NCBI GenBank assembly: GCA_963675745.2
Contig: CAXXWX010000006.1
Location: 96,001 to 160,000, forward strand
DNA: 64,000 bases
Source: Phycisphaerae bacterium
Lineage (GTDB): Bacteria > Planctomycetota > Phycisphaerae > UBA1845 > Fen-1342
Direction of reading: 5' to 3'
The notes beneath the pieces are model-generated. The model saw nothing but the letters and a program-made list of their open reading frames with translations. It was not told where the DNA came from and did not search any database. The position numbers were made by a program, and so were the translations under genes. Shown here piece by piece: positions 1 through 9,135 of this stretch; position 1 is the first letter of the stretch, and every line of letters starts with the position of its first letter.

Positions 1-258
1 GCCGGCGGCGTCACTGGTCTTGCTGGCGGCCTCTTTTACGAGTTGAACCGCCATGTTTTCATATTTGTCGTTGAGCTCGATCTCTTCCGCGACGGTCACC
101 CCGTCTTTGGTGACAGTGGGCGGGCCCCAGCCCTTGTCGAGAACCGCCGTCCGGCCGCGCGGGCCGAAGGTGCTGCGAACAGCGCCGGCCAGTTTCTCGA
201 CGCCGGCCAGGATGGACCGCTGCGTCTCCTGGTCAAACGACAACTGCTTAACCGCCAT
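1..258 (-). CDS. groEL: Chaperonin GroEL, 5' part (runs off the window)
   Basis: Manual translation, not in the ORF track: [60 protein letters not shown]...[22 protein letters not shown] upstream. Confidence 0.97.
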   Translation of the reverse strand, partial: MAVKQLSFDQETQRSILAGVEKLAGAVRSTFGPRGRTAVLDKGWGPPTVTKDGVTVAEEIELNDKYENMAVQLVKEAASKTSDAAG

Positions 259-350
259 GCAGACGTCTCCTTGTGTGTGCGACTTCCTGTTGTGCACAGC
301 CTCACGCAGTGGTGAGACGGAATCATGCTGTACGTCCCCCTGCGCGTGTG

Positions 351-368
351 AAGCAAAACAGGCGCCAA
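351..368 (-). promoter_or_regulatory. Putative sigma54 (-24/-12) promoter of groEL
   Basis: The minus strand reads TTGGCGCCTGTTTTGCTT, with GG-N10-GC spacing close to TGGCAC-N5-TTGC. Confidence 0.6.
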
Positions 369-466
369 ACGATGCCACAACTGCCTGATTCGCACGCAAG
401 TTGTGTTGTATAGCTGATTTACGACCAACGGGGCTCGATTGCCCCGCCCGCTTGGCCGCGACCCGC

Positions 467-493
467 TGTCCAACTGGCAGTGTCAATCTGACA
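467..493. promoter_or_regulatory. Tandem palindromic sites (possible upstream activator sequence)
   Basis: TGTCC-AAC-TGGCA (467-479) and a perfect TGTCA-ATC-TGACA (481-493), about 100-125 bp upstream of the -24 element. Confidence 0.5.
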
Positions 494-607
494 GCCCTGG
501 CTTGCTTGCGACCGTTTGCGCTGACGGCTATTGTTACTCCGCCGCAGGTGACGCCATGACAGGCGTCAGCCACACGTGATCAGCGGTCAGCCCCCCCGAG
601 AGGCCCA

Positions 608-2551
608 ATGAGCATCGATCCCGCCCCAGCAAACGGCCAGGCAGGCGCCATACTGGCTCGATTGCGCGGCAAGAAGGTTTCCAAGCTCTCGGCCAACAAG
701 GCCTTCTGGCGCATGCTGCGCCTCGTCCGGCCTCATCGCCGCGTCCTGGTTTTCGGGCTGGTGTTGAGCTTTGGCGTGGCCTTTACCTACGCCGCCAGTC
801 TGGTCGGTCTTCTCCCCGTCCTGAAGGTGCTCGTCGACGGCGAAAACCTGCGCACCTACCTGTACAGCATTGCCGACCGCTGGACCGAACATGGCGGCAT
901 GGCAGCCCTGGCGGCCCCGGTGATCTCATGGGCCGCCCAGATCTTCCCCGCCGCGACGTTCGGCGCCACCGGCAACGCGCCCATGCACACGCTGCTGATC
1001 CTCATGGGCCTCTTGCTGTTCATGAACCTGCTGGGCAACACGCTGCGGTTTGTCTCCCAATACTGCGTACTGTACGCCTGCACGCGCGCCATCATGGACC
1101 TGCGCCGCTACATGTACCGCAAGGCGCTGCGCATGCCCGTGACCGCCCTCGGCGGCGAAGTCTCCAGCACCATCAGCCAGTTCCTATCCGATGCCCGCGA
1201 GGTCTTCCTCGGACTTGTCACCCTGTTCGGCAAGGTGGCGCGCGAGCCGCTGAAGGCCGTCTGTGTATTGGCGGCGGCGCTGTGGCTGGATTGGCGACTG
1301 ACAGTCGTGGCCATCGCGATCGCTCCCGTCGCGGTCGGCCTGTTGTGGTACTTCGGACGCAAGATCCGCAAAGCCACCGTCCAGCTTCTGCAGGGATATG
1401 GCCAGATGCTTACCGGGCTGGAGGAGTCGCTCCAAGGGCTCGATGTCGTAAAGGGTTATGCACGCGAGGGTTACGAGCGCAAGCGTATGTGGCGGCTCGA
1501 ACGCCGCATGTTCAGGCACCAGATGCGTTTGGCGCTGATCGAGGCGCTCAGCTCCCCGCTCATAGAAGTGGTCGGCGTGTTCTTCGCCGCTTGCGGGATC
1601 GTCTGGTTGGCGTCGCGCACGTTTGCCGGCGAGATCGAGCCTTCGCACTTCATCACGATGGTCGCCCTGCTGGCGGCGATGCTCGACCCGGTGCGCAAAG
1701 TCGCGAACGTGTACAACATGGTGCAGCGCGCGGGGGCGGCTTCGCTGCGTATCTTCGAGACGCTCGATCATCCGGAAGAGGTATCGCCGCGGCCTGCGAC
1801 GCCGATCCCGTCCGATGGGGCGCCGGCGATCGCCTTGGAGCACGTGACGTTTCGCTATACACCTGAGGCGCCTCCCGCCGTCCACGATGTCAGCTTGCAG
1901 GTCCAGCCTGGGGAGTGCATCGGTCTCGTGGGCCCGAACGGAAGCGGCAAGACGACGCTGATCCGCCTGCTGCCGCGGCTGCTCACGCCGGAAAGCGGTC
2001 GTATCACATTGGCAGGCATAGACTTAGCTGATGTGAGTCTCAAGGAACTTCGTCGGCGTATCGCTGTCGTGACGCAACACTCCGTGATTTTTGCACGCAG
2101 CGTGCGCGAGAACCTCGTCTACGGAAACCCTGGGGCCACTCTCGACCAGGTGCGTGACGCTGCCGGACGAGCGCACGCTTCGGAGTTCATCGAGGCATGG
2201 CCCAAGGGTTATGAGACAGTCCTCGGCGAGGGTGGCATGACGCTCTCGGGTGGCCAACGGCAGCGGTTGGCGATCGCGCGGGCATTCCTCAAGCCGGCGA
2301 CGGTGCTCGTCTTCGATGAAGCCACCAGCCAGGTGGACGCCGACAGCGAGCGGAAGATTCACGACGCCTTGGTCGAACTCAGCCGCGGCAAGACGACGTT
2401 TCTGATCGCACACCGTCACACGGTGATGGACATGGCCGACCGGATCGCGGTGATGGACGTGGGTCGCATCGTCGATCTCGGCACGCGCGACGAGCTGCTA
2501 GAGCGCTGCCCGCTATTCGAAGCCCTCTACCGCTCGCCGGTGGGGCACTGA
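608..2551 (+). CDS. ABC exporter, fused TM and ATPase domains (MsbA-like)
   Basis: N-terminal TM helices; Walker A GPNGSGKT; signature LSGGQRQR; Walker B VFDEATS. Confidence 0.93.
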   Translation: MSIDPAPANGQAGAILARLRGKKVSKLSANKAFWRMLRLVRPHRRVLVFGLVLSFGVAFTYAASLVGLLPVLKVLVDGENLRTYLYSIADRWTEHGGMAALAAPVISWAAQIFPAATFGATGNAPMHTLLILMGLLLFMNLLGNTLRFVSQYCVLYACTRAIMDLRRYMYRKALRMPVTALGGEVSSTISQFLSDAREVFLGLVTLFGKVAREPLKAVCVLAAALWLDWRLTVVAIAIAPVAVGLLWYFGRKIRKATVQLLQGYGQMLTGLEESLQGLDVVKGYAREGYERKRMWRLERRMFRHQMRLALIEALSSPLIEVVGVFFAACGIVWLASRTFAGEIEPSHFITMVALLAAMLDPVRKVANVYNMVQRAGAASLRIFETLDHPEEVSPRPATPIPSDGAPAIALEHVTFRYTPEAPPAVHDVSLQVQPGECIGLVGPNGSGKTTLIRLLPRLLTPESGRITLAGIDLADVSLKELRRRIAVVTQHSVIFARSVRENLVYGNPGATLDQVRDAAGRAHASEFIEAWPKGYETVLGEGGMTLSGGQRQRLAIARAFLKPATVLVFDEATSQVDADSERKIHDALVELSRGKTTFLIAHRHTVMDMADRIAVMDVGRIVDLGTRDELLERCPLFEALYRSPVGH

Positions 2552-2715
2552 CTGGGCAACGCACTGCGCGCATCATAGCCAACACAGCTTCACGCACGGC
2601 AAAGAAGCGGGTGCAACCGCTCGACTCCTGGCACGTGCTCCTTACTCGCCAAGCTCGCAGGCGTTCCTGGCGCGAGTCTAAACGATGGGAACCACTGGAT
2701 GGGTTGCCTGTCTGT

Positions 2716-3138
2716 CTATAAGTCCTCCCACGGATTGACCAGCATCGCCCCCGTATCGCTGAAGTCGCCGACGTTGCGTGTCATGATGTGCAGGCCGTCG
2801 TGAATCGCCGTCGCGGCAATCAGGCCGTCGGTGGCGGCGATGGTGCGGCCGCGCGACTGGGCATTGGCGGTGAGCTCACCCCGGAGGCGGGCGACTTCCG
2901 CGTCAATGGGCAGGATGCGGTCGGCGTAGTCGCGTTCGAGCGTGCGTAGCCAGGCTTGCAGAGCCGACTTCCTCGCGCTTGCGGGAAGCAAGGCGATGCC
3001 CTTCGTGATCTCGCCGAGATTGATGACACTGAGAAACAGGTCGGCGTCATCGAGGCGCTCGATGCTCGCACGGACGCGCGCGTTACCCTGCTGCCGGCCG
3101 AGTTCGGAGATAACGCACGTATCGAGCAGAACCCTCAC
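2716..3138 (-). CDS. vapC: VapC PIN-domain toxin
   Basis: MRVLLDTCVISE; DGLIAATA; TRNVGDF; NPW C-terminus; 4-bp overlap with the antitoxin gene. Confidence 0.93.
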   Translation of the reverse strand: MRVLLDTCVISELGRQQGNARVRASIERLDDADLFLSVINLGEITKGIALLPASARKSALQAWLRTLERDYADRILPIDAEVARLRGELTANAQSRGRTIAATDGLIAATAIHDGLHIMTRNVGDFSDTGAMLVNPWEDL

Positions 3139-3374
3139 AGGTTCACTTCCCGCATCGGTGCGGCGTCGCGTTGCAGGTCGAGCCCGTTCAGGTCGGGGGC
3201 ATCGAGCAGGAAGTCCCGTAAGCCGGCGCGCTCGCCGGCGAGACGCTCGTAGTCGGCCTCCGAGAGGACCACAACAGCGTCGTTGCGGCGCAGGACGCGC
3301 TGCGGCCCCTCATCGAGCGCGCGGCGAACCACTTCACTGAGTTTCATCTTGGCGTCCGCGAGCTTCCAATCCAT
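3135..3374 (-). CDS. Phd/YefM-family antitoxin
   Basis: WKLADAKMKLSEVVRRALDEGPQRV...AVVVLSEADYERL; coupled upstream of the PIN toxin. Confidence 0.9.
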   Translation of the reverse strand: MDWKLADAKMKLSEVVRRALDEGPQRVLRRNDAVVVLSEADYERLAGERAGLRDFLLDAPDLNGLDLQRDAAPMREVNL

Positions 3375-3389
3375 CGCTGCAATCCTCGT

Positions 3390-3440
3390 AATAGCCTAGA
3401 TCACCTAGTCTATTTTATGATGCGATTGCGGTGCGGTCAA
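3390..3440 (-). promoter_or_regulatory. sigma70 promoter and operator of the TA operon
   Basis: TTGACC(3440-3435)-17bp-TAAAAT(3417-3412). An inverted repeat AATAGACTAG-N5-CTAGGCTATT (3390-3414) overlaps the -10/+1 region. Confidence 0.75.
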
Positions 3441-3598
3441 GTCCAAGTTGCCGCCACTGCCAACAGGACGGTGTACCGCCGGATTCTGACGAGCACACAC
3501 ATCTGAACGCCGCACGCTAATCCGGGGCGTGGCTCGGCCTCCCGGCGGGTCGGTTTCGGATTGGCTCGGAGCCCATTCGCGATAATCTTGAGGCGGAC

Positions 3599-3922
3599 TT
3601 GTTGGAGGTCGTGACGAGCGATCTGGCGAGCGAGGAGGCCCGGCGGAACATCGTGCTCAAACGTCCCATGTGGCTACCGGCGTTCGATCGCCTGGTCGAG
3701 CGCGTCTCGGTGGTTGGATCGGCGAGATTCGACTTGGGCGTGCCGCTGACCTGCGAAGATGTGCCCGTTCTGTGTGCCGCCGTTCGGGCAAAGTGCGACT
3801 GCCTTGTCACCGGGGACAAGCGCGACTTTGGCCACTTGTGCGGCCGGGTTGTCAAGGGCGTACGAGTCGTGATGCTCGCCGAACTGGCACGCCTGCTCGC
3901 CGGCCGGCGTGGCGACGAATAG
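3599..3922 (+). pseudogene. 5'-truncated PIN-domain protein remnant
   Basis: Has a PIN C-terminal half (EEARRN, DVPVLCAA, LVTGDKRDF). No N-terminal DxN motif was seen in the ~20 in-frame codons upstream. Confidence 0.6.
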
Positions 3923-4030
3923 AGCCGGTCAGGCCAATCCGTGGCGTCGGGCATCCCGGCTTAACGAATCAGGCTGATGCCGTCGGCGGTTCAACGGCAT
4001 CGTGGATGCCGCCGTCGCATTGACCGGCGC

Positions 4031-4060
4031 TTGCCAAAGCGCTGTGGGCGGCGTTATGGT
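4031..4060 (+). promoter_or_regulatory. Promoter of the LacI gene with a LacI-type operator
   Basis: TTGCCA-18bp-TATGGT, 6 nt before the ATG. A CG-centred near-palindrome CCAAAGCGCTGTGG (4034-4047) lies inside it. Confidence 0.55.
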
Positions 4061-4066
4061 AAGTAA

Positions 4067-5107
4067 ATGGCCGAGAATCAGAAGAAGTCAACGACACGTG
4101 CCAAACGGGCGACGATTCGCGATGTAGCTCGCGAGGCGGGGGTGTCCGTCGGTGCCGCCTCGACGGCGCTGCGGAACGTCAAGAGCAGTGTGGTCTTGAG
4201 CCAGGCGACACGGGCGCGGATTATCCAGGCCGCCAAAGAGCTGCGCTATCGCCCCTACGCCGCCGCCCGGGTCATGGCCGGGCAGCGCCTGCAAACCATC
4301 GGCATCCTCGCCACCGAGTTCTGCATGATGGGCAGCTATTGGAGCACGGTGATGCGCGGGGTGGCGACGACCGTCAATCGGTCGGGGTATCACTTGATGC
4401 TCAAAACGGTTCCTGACAAGCTGGACATGCGCAAGGCCAGCTTTTTCGCGGAGCAGCAGATTGACGGGGTCGTAATACCGGCGGAAACCGAGTCACAGAC
4501 GCGCGATGCGCTGCACCATTTTGACATCCCGCACGTGTGGGTTAACACCAAGCTGCGCGAGCCGACGAACTGCGTTCACCCCGATGAATACCAGGGTATG
4601 CGGCTGGCCATCGACCACTTGTATGAGCTGGGTCACCGGCGTATCGCGTACATGCACCATACGTCCGGCGAGGTGCATCACACGACCGTCGAGCGTGAGC
4701 GCGGCTATGTGATGGCGATGCAGGCTCGAGGGCTGGAGCCGATCCCCACGTATGAGCGCTACATGAACGTGCCGGAGCACGCCGACGTGTATGCCGACAT
4801 GACCCCGCGTCCGACCGCGGTCGTGGTCTTCTCGGATGCGATGGCGATTCTGGCGATGAACCGCTTCCAGGATCGGGGCTTGCGCGTTCCGGACGACATC
4901 AGCGTTGTGGGCAACGAGGGGATAATCTGGCATGAATACGCCTATCGCCCGCTGACGACGGTCAAGGCCCCGGCGTACGAATTGGGTGAAACCGCCGTCA
5001 AAATGCTGATCCGGCAGATTGAGAACAACGAAAGCAGCGAGTCTGTGGTGTTGCCGCAGACACTGATCGTACAGGAATCGACCGCGCCGCCGCCACCGAA
5101 CGCCTGA
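4067..5107 (+). CDS. LacI-family transcriptional regulator
   Basis: ATIRDVAREAGVSVGAAS HTH; GLRVPDDISVVG; LTTV. Confidence 0.95.
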   Translation: MAENQKKSTTRAKRATIRDVAREAGVSVGAASTALRNVKSSVVLSQATRARIIQAAKELRYRPYAAARVMAGQRLQTIGILATEFCMMGSYWSTVMRGVATTVNRSGYHLMLKTVPDKLDMRKASFFAEQQIDGVVIPAETESQTRDALHHFDIPHVWVNTKLREPTNCVHPDEYQGMRLAIDHLYELGHRRIAYMHHTSGEVHHTTVERERGYVMAMQARGLEPIPTYERYMNVPEHADVYADMTPRPTAVVVFSDAMAILAMNRFQDRGLRVPDDISVVGNEGIIWHEYAYRPLTTVKAPAYELGETAVKMLIRQIENNESSESVVLPQTLIVQESTAPPPPNA

Positions 5108-5141
5108 CACGCACTGAGTAATTCCACCGCCGAGCGCCATA

Positions 5142-5816
5142 ATGGGACCGAGACAACACGGGCCGCTGACGGTTGCCGTTGCAGTCGATGCGATGTTTCA
5201 GACGAACACACTGCTGCTCTGGCCGGCGGACGGCCGGGACTGCTGGATTGTTGATCCAGGGTTTGCGCCCAGCGCGGCAACCGTCCTCGACATGATCAAA
5301 CGCCATGAGCTGAAGCCCGCCGCCATCGTGCTTACACACGGTCATGTGGACCATATTGCCGGAGTCGGCGAGGTGCGTGAGGCGCTCCCCGACGTGCCGA
5401 TCCTGGCGCCGCGCGACGACGCGTTCATGCTCCCCGACGCGGCCGCGAATCTGTCGGCAAACATGGGACTGGCCGTGGTGGCACCGCCGGCCGATCGGGA
5501 GGTGGCCGGCGGCGACACGCTGGCGCTCGGCCAACTCACGTTTCAGGCACTGGATGTGGGCGGCCATTCGCCCGGCGGCCTCGCGTTTCACTGCCCCGCC
5601 GCCCAATTGGTCATCACCGGTGATTCACTGTTCGCGGGTGGCATCGGCCGAACCGACTTTCCCGGATCAGATCACCAGCGTCTGATCGGTAACATCAAGG
5701 ACAAACTGCTGACACTGCCGGCCGAGACCGTGGTCTATTCCGGGCATGGTCCGACAACGACGATCGGCCGGGAGCGCGACAGCAACCCGTTTCTCATGCC
5801 AGGTGTCGCGTTGTGA
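5142..5816 (+). CDS. MBL-fold metallo-hydrolase (glyoxalase II/YcbL-like)
   Basis: THGHVDH; GHSPG; GDSLFAGGIGRTD; SGHGPTTTIGRE. Confidence 0.9.
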   Translation: MGPRQHGPLTVAVAVDAMFQTNTLLLWPADGRDCWIVDPGFAPSAATVLDMIKRHELKPAAIVLTHGHVDHIAGVGEVREALPDVPILAPRDDAFMLPDAAANLSANMGLAVVAPPADREVAGGDTLALGQLTFQALDVGGHSPGGLAFHCPAAQLVITGDSLFAGGIGRTDFPGSDHQRLIGNIKDKLLTLPAETVVYSGHGPTTTIGRERDSNPFLMPGVAL

Positions 5817-6754
5817 AAGCCCGATTCGGCCTTGTCGCGGTGTTGCTGCTGATCGCGTACGGGGCTTGCCGTGAAACTCCCAACGAGGCGCGTGCGAAAC
5901 GCCAATCCACCCTGCCGGATCGTGTGTTGAAGCCGCAGGTTGCGGCCGAGGAAATCAACGGTCCGACCCGGCGGATCGTCGCCGCGGCGCCGAACATCAC
6001 GGAAATCTGTTGCGCGCTGGGTCTCGCCGAACAACTCGTCGGGCGCACCCGCTACTGCACCTATCCGCCAACCATCGAGGGCGTCCGCGATATTGGCTCG
6101 CTGGTTGACGCCAATGTTGAGACGCTGCACGCGCTGCGGCCGGACCTGATTCTGGTGGCGGGGACGAGTCGCGCGATGTCGGAGCGCTTCGCGCACGCCG
6201 GTCTGACGGTCGAGACGCTGCCGGATGTGACACTGGGTGATCTTTACACATCGGTGTTGCGCGTGGGCGAGTTGGCGGGCCGCACGAAGACGGCGCGGCA
6301 ATTGGCGGATGGCATTCGCGCGGATCTGGCGTCTGTTACGGAGCGATACCGCGATGTGCCGCCGGCGCGCGTGCTGCTTTTGATCGGTACACTAGCCGAG
6401 CCGCCCACGCCGCCGTTCGTTGCGGGGCCGGGGTCTTTCTACGACGACCTGCTGCGCCTGGCGGGTCACACGAACGTGGCCCCCGAAGGTGGAGGCGCAT
6501 TCGCACCGTTGTCGCTGGAGGTCATTGCGAACGTTGACCCGGATGTGATCATCGAGCTTGATGCCGACGGCACGGCGCGGCCCGGCGGCGACGAACAAGC
6601 GCTGCGCGTGTGGCGACAGCTTGGTGACTTGCGGGCGGTAGCCCGGCGGCGCGTCCACGTGCTCACCGGTGCACAGCACTTCGTGCTCGGGCCGCGCGTG
6701 GCCATGACGTACGAGGCGTTGTGCGGCGCGATCGGGAGGGCGGACGGTGAATAG
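5813..6754 (+). CDS. Helical-backbone periplasmic binding protein (BtuF/cobalamin-siderophore type)
   Basis: Lipoprotein-like N-terminus (AYGAC); RIVAAAPNITEICCALG; LVGRTRYC; PDLIL. Confidence 0.85.
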   Translation: MKARFGLVAVLLLIAYGACRETPNEARAKRQSTLPDRVLKPQVAAEEINGPTRRIVAAAPNITEICCALGLAEQLVGRTRYCTYPPTIEGVRDIGSLVDANVETLHALRPDLILVAGTSRAMSERFAHAGLTVETLPDVTLGDLYTSVLRVGELAGRTKTARQLADGIRADLASVTERYRDVPPARVLLLIGTLAEPPTPPFVAGPGSFYDDLLRLAGHTNVAPEGGGAFAPLSLEVIANVDPDVIIELDADGTARPGGDEQALRVWRQLGDLRAVARRRVHVLTGAQHFVLGPRVAMTYEALCGAIGRADGE

Positions 6755-7685
6755 TCCCAACAATCCGGCGCGAGAGTCGGCCGGCGCCGCACACAATGTA
6801 CCGGCTGGCGCCGCACGTAATGTACCGGCCGGTGTCGCACGTAATGTAGCGGCCTGCGCCTCGCAGGCCGTCGCCGGAACGCTGCACCCGACTGCTGGGC
6901 CCGGTGTCAACGACGTTCACCAACTGGAGTGCCGGCGGCTATCCGTGCGACGCGGCCGGCGTTTGGTTCTGCACGAGATTGAGCTGGTCATCCGCGACGA
7001 CGAGTGCGTGACGCTCATTGGTCCGAATGGATCCGGCAAGACCACACTGATGCTGGCGTTACTCGGCCTGCTGCCGCCGGCCGCGGGGCACGTGCGCATC
7101 GGTGGTATCGACGCCCACCGTTTGCCGCCACGCGCGCGTGGCTGTTTCGCCGCATACGTCCCGCAGGTTGTGGAGCGTTTGCCAGGGTTTCGCGTTCGTG
7201 ACATCGTTGCCACGGGGCGCTATCCGCATCTGGGGCCGCTGACGCCGTTCTCGCGCGCAGACCTCGACATCGTCGCGCAGGCGCTGGAGCAGTGTGGGCT
7301 GGCGGCGCTTTCAGAGCGGCCGATCAACGAAGTCAGCGGGGGCGAGCGTCAGAAGGCGCTTATCGCGGCGGCCGTGGCGCAAGATGCGCGCGTAATGTTC
7401 CTGGACGAACCCAATACGGCGCTCGACCCGGCCTACCAGGTCGATCTGGTGCGGCTGCTGCGCGAGTGGCACGCACGCGGTCGGGGCCTGGTGCTCATCA
7501 GCCATGATCTGCACCTGCCGGCGGCGCTCGGGGGCCGCGTGATCGCGCTGTGCGAGGGACGCGTCATCGCCGATGGCGCAGCGACCGACGTGCTCGATCC
7601 TGAGAAGCTCGAAAGCATCTACGGGACACAGTTCGACATGGTGACAACCCGTGCCGGCCAGCGCGTGGCGTTGCCGCGCTGGTAG
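6747..7685 (+). CDS. ABC transporter ATP-binding protein (BtuD/FecE type)
   Basis: GPNGSGKT; SGGERQK; FLDEP; SHDL. The GTG start overlaps the upstream stop and has a GGAGG RBS. Confidence 0.9.
   Translation: MNSPNNPARESAGAAHNVPAGAARNVPAGVARNVAACASQAVAGTLHPTAGPGVNDVHQLECRRLSVRRGRRLVLHEIELVIRDDECVTLIGPNGSGKTTLMLALLGLLPPAAGHVRIGGIDAHRLPPRARGCFAAYVPQVVERLPGFRVRDIVATGRYPHLGPLTPFSRADLDIVAQALEQCGLAALSERPINEVSGGERQKALIAAAVAQDARVMFLDEPNTALDPAYQVDLVRLLREWHARGRGLVLISHDLHLPAALGGRVIALCEGRVIADGAATDVLDPEKLESIYGTQFDMVTTRAGQRVALPRW
6778..6875. repeat. Three 24-bp tandem REP half-copies followed by one full REP hairpin
   Basis: CGGCYGGYGYCGCACRYAATGTAS at 6778, 6802 and 6826. The last GTAG leads into the hairpin CGGCCTGCGCCTCGCAGGCCG. 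Confidence 0.85.
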
Positions 7686-7754
7686 GAAGAGCGGCACGTC
7701 GCCGGTCGCGCGTTAGCGCGGCCACCAGTTCGACTGTTTCACGCGGATGGCACT

Positions 7755-7834
7755 GTAACGGCCTGCGCCTCGCAGGCCGTCGCCATGAAACGCCGTTTCC
7801 GACATCACGCGGCCGGCGAGGCGCCGGCCGTTAC
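7755..7834. repeat. Inverted REP doublet (REPIN-like)
   Basis: GTAA-CGGCCTGCGCCTCGCAGGCCG at 7755, and an inverted GTAA-CGGCCGGCGCCTCGCCGGCCG ending at 7834. Confidence 0.8.
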
Positions 7835-7880
7835 GCTGAAGCGTGGCGCGAAACACGGAACGCCTCAGGCGGAAACGGCG

Positions 7881-8954
7881 TTAGCGCGGCCAGCGCTGCT
7901 CGACTGGCGGCAGGGCCGGGAATTGGCCGTGCGGTTCGGTCTGGTACCAGTAAGCCACCGAGGCGATATCGTCGCACAGCGGCTGGAACTTGCCCGTCGG
8001 CCACCACCCCAGCGCCTGGATCGTCACGCGCAGACCCTGCTGGAAGCGGATCGGGTCCATGATGTGCCAACGATACAGGCCGAACTTGGGCACCTTGTTC
8101 ACCACGTGATGCACCAGTGGCAGCCCGAGGAACGGCGTTGAGTAGGGTTTCTCGCGCTCGTTTTCGCCATAGAAACCCCAGGCCCCGCCGAAGTAATCCT
8201 CGGTGCCCGTGCCGCATATCGTCGGGTGTTCGGCGTCGCCGTCGATGTAGAACTTGATCTCTCCCTCCCCCCACCAGATGTCCGATGACGTGGCCCAGGC
8301 GAGGTAGGTGCCCACGTAATGCCCGTGTCCTTCGACACCTTCGATGATGGTGTGCTCGGGGCACTCGCGCGTGGTCAGAGCGCGGCGCCATTGCGCGTGC
8401 AGATAGGCGGCGTCGTCCGGCACGGGCTGAAGCGCGTAGGTAATCTGGTAGAAGAAGCCGGTGACGGTCTGGTTGTGGTCACTGGTTATGGTGACGCGCG
8501 CCGATTTGCGGAACGGCATGGGCCAGTAGCTGTTCAGGCCGCATTTGGGGTTTACGGCGATCGGCAGCGAGCTCACGCCGGCCTCAAGGTTGTGCCCGCA
8601 GCAGAAGAAATCTCCCAACGGCACCTCGATCGACGGATGGGGCTCGGCGTCCCAGTAGAAGCGCAGCGTGAGGTCGCGCAGGCGTTTGGGGTCGACCGTG
8701 ATCCAGATGTGCTGAATTACGCCGGGACCGTCTATCTCGGCCAGTGTCGCCGTGGCGCCGGGGTCTATGTCGATGCAGGGGCGGACTTTCCAGCCGGGGC
8801 CGAGATCGCGCGCCGGGCTCTTCTCGTCGGGGACCGCGCGTGCAGCGCCACCTTTCTCGCCGGTCGGGTTTTCCGCACAGATTGAACGCGTTTGCGCGGT
8901 GCTGAGCAGGGGCAGGTTTCCGAGGCCCTGGCCAAACGGTGTTGCTGGCGGCAT
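7881..8954 (-). CDS. DUF2961 / glycoside hydrolase family 172 protein
   Basis: RSICAENPTGEKG; GPGVIQHIWIT; WWGEGEIKFYIDGD; GTGTEDYF; DDIASVAYWYQ. Confidence 0.9.
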   Translation of the reverse strand: MPPATPFGQGLGNLPLLSTAQTRSICAENPTGEKGGAARAVPDEKSPARDLGPGWKVRPCIDIDPGATATLAEIDGPGVIQHIWITVDPKRLRDLTLRFYWDAEPHPSIEVPLGDFFCCGHNLEAGVSSLPIAVNPKCGLNSYWPMPFRKSARVTITSDHNQTVTGFFYQITYALQPVPDDAAYLHAQWRRALTTRECPEHTIIEGVEGHGHYVGTYLAWATSSDIWWGEGEIKFYIDGDAEHPTICGTGTEDYFGGAWGFYGENEREKPYSTPFLGLPLVHHVVNKVPKFGLYRWHIMDPIRFQQGLRVTIQALGWWPTGKFQPLCDDIASVAYWYQTEPHGQFPALPPVEQRWPR

Positions 8955-9135
8955 TGTGAGTTCTCCGTTGATGCGCAGTTGTCAGTTAGAGCAAGCTGCG
9001 TTTGCCCGTAGCGTACGCCCCCCGAGTCGGACGTGTTTAACCGGCGTACGTTCTCTCGAGGGCACGGCCGACTCGGGGGGGCGGTCGCTTACGCTCGCGA
9101 TGCTGATTGACGACGCCGGATCGCGCACGGTTGTT

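Noticed and set aside
259..607. CIRCE element upstream of groEL
   Set aside because: No TTAGCACTC-N9-GAGTGCTAA-like sequence is present.
6778..6849. 24-bp tandem repeats as a CRISPR array
   Set aside because: The units abut with no unique spacers, no cas genes are present, and they derive from the local REP.
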